NCBI RefSeq assembly: GCF_009914755.1
Contig: NC_060934.1
DNA from: the human T2T-CHM13v2.0 reference genome, Homo sapiens
Length of the DNA stretch: 64,000 nt
Direction: 5' to 3' (one strand)
Shown here one piece after another: positions 56,201 to 64,000 of this stretch; within the stretch, counting starts at the first letter, position 1; every line of letters starts with the position of its first letter. The translations under genes were made by a program, and so were the position numbers. The notes beneath the pieces were generated by a model, which was not told where the DNA came from, ran no database searches, and worked only from the letters and a program-made list of their open reading frames with translations.

Positions 56201-58023
56201 TGCAGAAGAATTAAACTAGATGCCCACCTCTCACCCTGTACAAAAATCAACTCAAAGTTGATCAAAGACCTAGATGTAAGACCCAAAATGATAAAACTAC
56301 TAGAATAAAACATAGGAGAAATGCTTCAAGAGATTGGTCTGAGAAAAGATATTATAAATAAGACCTTAAAAGCAGAGGCAACAAAAGCAAACATAAATAA
56401 ATGGGAATATATCAAACTAAAAAGCTTCTGAGCAGCAAAGGAACCAATCAACAGAGTGAAAAGACAACCTACAGAATAGAGAAACTATTTGAAAACTATT
56501 CATCCAACAGGGGATTAATATTAAGAAAATAGAAGGAACTCAAACATCTCAACAGCATAAAATCAAACAATCTGATTTAAAAACGGGCAAATGATCTGAA
56601 CAGGTATTTCTCAAAAGAAGATATACAAATGGTTAACAAATACATGAAAATATGTTCAGTGCCACTAATCACCAGGGAAATCCAAAACAAAACCACAATC
56701 AGGTATCATCTCACGCCAGTTAGGACGGCAATTATCAAAAAAACAAAAAATAACAAATATTCATGAGGATGTGGAGAAAAGGGAACTCTCATACTCTGTT
56801 AGTGCAGCTGTAAACTAGTATAGCAACTATGGAGAACAGTATGGAGTTTCCTCAAAAAGCTACAAATAGAACTGCCACATAATCCAGCAATTTCACTACT
56901 GGAAATTTATCCAAAGGAAAGGCAATCATTATATCAGTGACACATCTGCACTCCCATATTTATTACAGCACTCTTCACAATAGCCAAGATATTAGATCAA
57001 CCCAGGTGTCTAACAACAAATGAATGGATAAAGTAATTGTGGTACATATACATAATGAGTTACTATTCAGTCATTAAAAAAAATAAAATCCTATCATTTG
57101 CAGCAACATGGATGGAACCGTAGGACATTATATTAAGTGAAATAAGCCAGGAACAGAAAGATAAACACTGCATGTTTTCACTCATACGTGGAACCTTTAA
57201 AAAGTTGATCTCATAGAAGTAAAAAGTAGAACAGAGGATACTAGAGGCTGAAAAGGGTGGGAAGGAAGGGGTGTATAGAGAGAATTATATTGAAGGATAT
57301 AAAACTGCAGCTAGATAGGAGGAATAAGTTCTAGTGTTCTCTACTGCTGCAGTATGACAATAATATATTTTATAGTTAGCAACAATATATCTTATAGTTT
57401 CAAATGGTGAGAAGGATTTTGAACATTCCTAACACAAAGAAACGATAAATGTTTGACATGATAGATATGCTAATTTCCCTGATCTAATCACTATACACTA
57501 GATGTATCAAAACATCACTATGTAACCCATGAATATATGTAATTATTATTTGTCCATTAAAAAGATAAATTTTTGAAAGAATTATGAATCATGGCCCTTT
57601 TGCTCCCCCTTTCTCTTAGTTTTATGAAGTCAAATAAAAACTTGGGAGGAAGGAAACAGTTGTTCTAATTATTAGTTATAATCATGCTAAGTGGAGAGAG
57701 ATGTAGGACATTCCGGAGAATGTGAGCATTCTTAGTTACAATAACAGAACTGCTACTCCCCAAAGGAAGCTAAGGGGAGTCTGCAACCATCATGATTCTA
57801 ACATGTAAGCCCTCTTTAGATAAGCTAATATTCAAAACCATTTTTTTAACTCAGCAATTTCTGCCTGCTTTTTATTTTGAAATGTTGACAAAACACCAAT
57901 TTGGAGATAGTCAACAATCACAAAAAAAATTAGACATCATTTACCATTTTTTCACTGTGCTATGGCCATCTCTCAATGATTGTGAACAAGAATGAAGCTT
58001 TATAAGAAAAAAAAGACTAATAG

Positions 58024-58415
58024 TGCTATAGTTTGAATGTGTTCCCCAAAGTTCATGTGTTGGAAAATTGATCCCCAATGTGTGGGGAGGTAGGTCCTAA
58101 TGAAACTTGATCCCCAACATGTGGGGAGATAGGTCCTAATGTTTGGGTTATGGGGACACTGCCCTAGTGAATGGATTAATGTTGTAACTGCAGCAGTGGG
58201 TTCCTTATAAAAGGATGAGTCTGGCCCCTTCTTTGTCTTTTGCCCTCTCTTTGCCCTTCTGCCATGCTGTGAGGCAGCTAGAAGACACTCACCAGATGCT
58301 AGCCCCTTGAACTTGTACTTCCCAGCCTTGAGAACCATAAGCCAATGAATTTCTATTCATAATAAATTACTCATCTGTGGGATTCTGTTATAGCAGCACT
58401 AAACAAACCAAGACA
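58024..58415 (+). mobile_element. MST (C/D-like) solo LTR with a 39-bp internal duplication
   Basis: TGCTATAGTTTGAATGTG...AAGACA; perfect TSD aatag. Confidence 0.92.
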
Positions 58416-59819
58416 AATAGCGCTTTTTTAAAAAGAAGAGTTAGCTCTCTCAAGGGTCAGAACACATAGGTTTCTGAAACCTAGAAGCCTAGTAGCATAC
58501 ATCAAGTCGTTTCCTGCTCCCAGAACCCTGAAATGCTCCCCTTTACTTGACAAGTGCCTAGTACCACGTGGCTACTGTTTACTGAGCTACTGAGCACTCA
58601 CTATGTGCTAGGCAGTACTGTAATAAATGCTTTCTTGTCATGGTTCTTACCACCCAGTCACAGTGTTAACTAAAGTCAGAACCAGGATGCAGACTCATGC
58701 TGGTTTGATTCCAGTGCACGTGTCCTTATGGCTCCACCCCAGGGCATAGAACTGCGTGTTCTGCCTCATTTCCTATTATTAGGTATCACTTCCTAGCAGC
58801 ATCCCAGGCTTTCCCGTCGCAACCTCTTGCTTCTGCTGTTCTGTCTGCAAAAATGCTACCTCACCACTGAGTCTGTGGAAAGCTGATCATCCTTCAAAAT
58901 GAGACCATGTGACTCCCTTCAGAGAGACAATTTTGCAATCCCCCCATTCTCTGTGTGTCCACACCTGCTTTTCTACATGTGTTAACACCTGGTAGCTTCT
59001 TGACAAAACCACAGAAGTATTTGGAGGCTCATGGTGTCCTGGAAAGTGCCAGGACCTTCCCAAAAGAGTTTGAATCCTATTCGTGATCTGTGTTCACTAT
59101 GTGAGCTTGAGTAAGTTCCTTAGATATCCTGTATATAAAGCAGGCCCACCTGGAAGGGTTCCCATGAGTTCTAATGAGAGACCACCTATGTGGCCCTCAC
59201 TTCCTTCCCCTTCCCCACTGAGAGCACTTCTCATTATCTGCCTCACCTAGTAGTGAGTTGGGTATTTCTCTTGCTACCTGTATTAAATTGTGTAAGATAC
59301 ATGCATAGGTCATAGATCAGTCATTGTGTGTTTCCTGCTTAACTCCATATGTAGCAGGGCCTCTATTACTACCTATCAAATTGAATGAAATGCACATCTC
59401 CCCCAGCATATGGAGTAAAACACTTAGATCTCCCTCATTTATTCAATCTGGATCTCAGAATATACATTCTTAATGGGGTAAGAATTATTCGGAGTTGCTA
59501 ACTTTCAGAAATAGTCTTCACATGGAACCTATAAACCTTTAGCAGGAAGCTGCATTTATGTAAATATGTGATGAATTGAAAGATTTCAGTGTATATTTTA
59601 TTTTTTTTTTACTTTTTTCTTTCTTCTCCACCCCATGGTTCTTTAGCAGTATATATTTTAAACAATGTTTCCAAGCAGAGTTCCTATGACAGCGCAGGAT
59701 AGATTGGATTTAATTTTTAATATTCTGTTCTTAGTTATTAAGGACACCCCACTCTGCCCCAGCATCTCTGGAGCTACCAGCATAGAGAAGCCAAGCAGAG
59801 AAAGGAAGAGAGCATGATT

Positions 59820-60020
59820 CCCAGATTCTTGGTCAATGTTAACTCTCACCAGCTGTGGAATATTACACAAGTGAATAAATTCATCTAAGCCTTTATTTCC
59901 CATCTGTAAAATGAGGATAATAATAGCACTGTTCTTGCAGCAATGCTGTAAGAATTCAATTAGAAGCCGTACACAAAATCACTTGCTAATATGTCAGAAA
60001 TATGATGCTAATGCTAATTA
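59820..60020 (+). mobile_element. MIR
   Basis: 'catctgtaaaatgaggataataatagcac...gctgtaagaattcaat'. Confidence 0.75.
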
Positions 60021-60884
60021 TTGGTGAGGCACTATTGCAGTTCACCATAGTTCTGAGCTTCCTGAATACCTAGTAAATAGGGAAAGCCAGAGTTTACATA
60101 GTTTTTAGTGTTTAGTAAACTTAACACTTCAAGTGTTAAGAGGAAGCTTAACAGTTCTTTGAAAAAGAAACTTTAACCCTCTATACACAGAGAAATTTGT
60201 CCTGTGGATACACACAGGAGACTGGGAATTTCCTAATGAATGATGTATTTGGGGCCATTTTGGAAGGAACAAAGACCTTCTTCCTGGGAATGTTTTTCAC
60301 AGTGATACCTGGTAAAAGTTGAGGGTACAATATTGGATTGCCATTCAGTAAAGGAGTTCCTTGGCAGTCAGACTTTTTGTTTCTTGCAAAGCCCTTTCTT
60401 GGGCTTCAGAATTTCTCAGTATCAGAGAATGGCTTCATTATCTATAAATCTTCCACATGGTAGAAGAGGGTGGGGGAGAGAAAAAAAGAGAGCGAGAGCT
60501 CATTTTCCTTCAGGTGTCAGCCTCACCTATCATAGGGCAGAGAATCAAGCATCCATGATTCCCTATAACTATCTTATTTGACAAGCTGGAAGAATATTAA
60601 AATCTTTACTAGAATATAGCACTTCACCAAGAGAAAAATCCCTAAGTAAAATGCTTTCTTGCTCCAAAGTAAATTATTAAGTCACAAATTTATATCAATG
60701 AGCACAAGTCTCCTTTGCCTAATGCTCAAATGTTTAGCAAATATGTGTTGGGCATCTATTATGGGCCTAACAATATTACTATTGATAAGAAGCATATAAT
60801 AAAAATAATAACAAACACTTACTGGATGCTTTCTATGAGCCAAAAAACAATTCTGGATATTCTTGGTCTTAAAATATTGACATA

Positions 60885-60891
<7 letters not shown>

Positions 60892-60925
<34 letters not shown>
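60892..60925. repeat. (CA)17 microsatellite
   Basis: Perfect CA run preceded by a short (TC)n. Confidence 0.97.
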
Positions 60926-60928
<3 letters not shown>

Positions 60929-61227
60929 CTGAGCTGTGGAATTCATTCAGGACTCAGGAACAGCCTCTTTTCCAGGCACTCACTCCCAACAGTGGCTTTC
61001 TCCTGGATTGTGGGCAGTGAGTCCTTCCTCCTTGCCGTTTTCTCTCACGTGATGAGGCAACACCACATGGATGCAGTGTCCTTCCCCCAGAGAAAAAGCT
61101 GTTCCCTTGTCTAAGCACAGTGACTTCAGACTGGAAGAACCAGACTGGAGGCAGCCTCCCAAGGGACGAGGTACCATTCTGGGCCACCAGCAGGCTCTGG
61201 GGTGCCCATGGAGAGAGTCTCACTCAC

Positions 61228-61488
61228 CTGGTTGACCATACAGGTCCAGGGCAGACAGAAGTGTCTGAGGTCCTGAAGGGAAAGACCGACACCCTGTTGG
61301 AGCCATACTCTGGGGATGCAGAAACCTTTCCTCTTACTCCCATCAGCCCATAGAGGGCAGGGGTCCTGGTGTCTGCCCTTGCAAAAGGAGCAAGGAGATG
61401 CTGATGGCTGAGATGGTAACCTTGAGAAGATAGGGATGTGCCTTGTAGCACCAAGGCTGGCATGGCCAGTCAGCACCATCCAAAATCA
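61228..61488 (-). other. Candidate spliced exon (261 nt) of an unidentified, probably non-coding transcript
   Basis: Minus-strand acceptor 'cctttccttcctgaacgtgtcctcctttcctgcag|TG' and consensus donor 'CAG|gtgagt', in non-repeat sequence; no expression evidence available. Confidence 0.4.
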
Positions 61489-62540
61489 CTGCAGGAAAGG
61501 AGGACACGTTCAGGAAGGAAAGGTGAAGGACTGCCCGTGTTGGGAAAACACAGATTCCAGCATTGGCCCCACATCCCTTCAAAGCGCATACCTACACTTG
61601 AGAATCTCATTTAAGTCAAATATCACAAACATGCACTCACGTGTCTGGAATCTTCCTTTCTATTGGAACTGCCTGTTGAAGTCATCAGCCTCTCTCTTGG
61701 ACAGTGATGGTGATGGCTACTTCCTAATTGCTCCCCCACCCCACCCATTCTCTGCACTGCAGCTAGAGGGAGAATTCTAGATTGCAAACCTGACTTCATT
61801 GCTGCTGCATTTGAAATAAACCCATAGAGGTTCCCCAGCATCTCAGGATAAAGGTGGAATCCCATAAGGATTTCTAAGGCCCTACCTGATCTCTTCCTGC
61901 CAACATCCCAGGCTTTGGTTCCAGAGTTCTTCTTTTCACCCTCAGACCCTCAATCTTCCACAGTTTCCTTCTGAACTCTCAAATCCAGGCCTGGCATAAG
62001 CCTCATCCACTCCTTCCCCCACTTGTCTAACTCCTGTCTTCTCACCCCTCAAGCCTCTGGGTCCCATCAGTGGAGAATCTCCGCATCCTCATGGGGTCTC
62101 TTACCATGAACTTACCCACTGTTTCTAAGGCCTGGCCAGCTGTAGACAGTGACAGCCCTGTGGTGAGCCCAGCATGGGCTCTTACTGGAGGCTCAGGAAG
62201 TTGGCAGAATGAACATATTAAAGACTGGAGGCAGAAGATGTCAAAAGATGGTAGGCAGAAGACCACCCAAGAAGCTAGCTCCCAACCGAATCTAGACCAA
62301 CACAAGAGTAGCTTCAAGGGCTATTAAATGGCCATCCCAGATCAACCAGCTCCTCACCTCTTCCTGAGGCCAAACGAACCACAGGCACAGCTTCTGAGAG
62401 AGTGCAAGATGAGGAGGAACTCACCAGAGTTCTTGCACCTGGTCGCAGTCACGTTCTTCTCTGATTGTGCTCAACAGGAACATCTGTCTCCCCCTTGGTG
62501 CTGCCTCTTCCTTTGAGATAAGTGCTGTGATTGTGTTTTA

Positions 62541-62874
<334 letters not shown>

Positions 62875-64000
62875 TAGATGCAGAGTATCTTCCCTCATAA
62901 ACACTGATAGACATGCACAGGATGATACAATGCATATTCTAGGCTCCTATGGCCTGGGTCCTACTGGGGGTATTTTCCCCATATTTCTGAAATAGAGTCA
63001 TTTTTCCTTTAGGGACGTACAGCTCAGTGCATCTGTCACTGCTGGGTTTAGGTCATAATCCCAAATAACTGTGCAGCATAGCTTGCAAAGTACCAACTTC
63101 TCAGCATTTTGATGTTGAGGGTGTACTAAAGTGAAAATAATGGAATTGAAAAGCTGTAGCTTTAACTGTAATCAGCCGAATCCACCTCCCTTCTCCAGAC
63201 ACCCACCGGTGTGAAACCTCCAGTGCAACACTTTACACCAAACTCAGCAAGCCCCACGAAGCTCACTGGGGAGCCAGAGGAAAATGGATCGACTCCCACT
63301 ATGAATATGATCAAAAAAATCTGAGCAGAAAATACAAACAATGCTTTGTTTCCATACAAAACTTAGCCCCTGGGGAAATTACACTTAGATGATTTATGGA
63401 ATGTGGGTCTTTAGCTGTATTACACTTTGCAGTGCCGACAAAGACAACAATAATGTATAATTGATTCCACTTGGATCTCAGAGAGTCAATAAAGGACTTT
63501 GTTTATCCATAATTTTGTTGGGCAAATCTCCCAGATGGTACTGAAATGTTGCATTTTTAAGATGTTGAGTTTGGTCCAGGAGGATCATAAATTATAAAGA
63601 TAATGTGTCTTTCGTATCGTTACAGTCATCTAATCGTAATCACAATTATAGTCACTGTGAAATCTAACTACATTCTATTTTAGTATTACTGTCGACATTT
63701 TTAAAGCTTCATTTATTTAAGAGGCAGAAGTCAACATACGGGCTTCCGTAATCCCAAAGCTCCATTTGCTAATGCAAGGTCAAATTTATAAATTAAAACC
63801 TTTCATGAAAATAAAAATGTTATATTCTTATAATAGGAATCAGCAGTACAAATATACACTCTTCAGTAGGTTTTAGGTTCACTTTCTCACTCCATAGTAA
63901 GAGGCTTTAGCTACTACATTCGTAGGAAACTAACATTTTATCTCTGCAACAATTTTCTACTTTCCAAAACATGTAATTTGTGCTTTCATTAAAGATAAAA

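Larger units (their letters stand above)
50466..57580 (+). mobile_element. Near-full-length L1MA (MA3-5-like), ORF1/ORF2 disabled
   Basis: 5' 'aagatggctaactaga', repetitive 5'UTR, ORF1, EN, RT, C-terminus and L1MA 3'UTR; 14-bp TSD attatgaattatgg (50452-50465) / attatgaatcatgg (57581-57594). Confidence 0.92.

Overview
This is primate (most likely human or great-ape) non-coding genomic DNA, not microbial. Roughly two-thirds is recognisable transposon debris: Alu/FLAM SINEs, several L1 LINEs (including one ~7.1 kb TSD-bounded near-full-length old L1MA and one 5'-inverted L1MA), MaLR/ERV solo LTRs (THE1, MST, MLT1, MER21, MER67-like), hAT/Tigger DNA-transposon fossils (MER5, MER20, MER33, MER53, MER91), L2/MIR relics and microsatellites. 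I find no supportable protein-coding gene, tRNA/rRNA, CpG island or CRISPR array. The listed ORFs are Alu/L1 fragments or chance ORFs. Best second-look items: a candidate minus-strand spliced transcript (strong exon-like block at 61228-61488, plus plus-strand bias of L1s/LTRs); repeat-free blocks with HOX/PBX/SOX-type motifs; a 38-nt A-tailed micro-insertion between perfect 17-bp direct repeats; and well-preserved retrotransposition signatures (twin priming, nested insertions, microsatellites born from Alu linker/tail). I do not see evidence for a new biological system. Subfamily names come from my recall of consensus motifs and need RepeatMasker/Dfam confirmation. Boundaries of old repeats are approximate.
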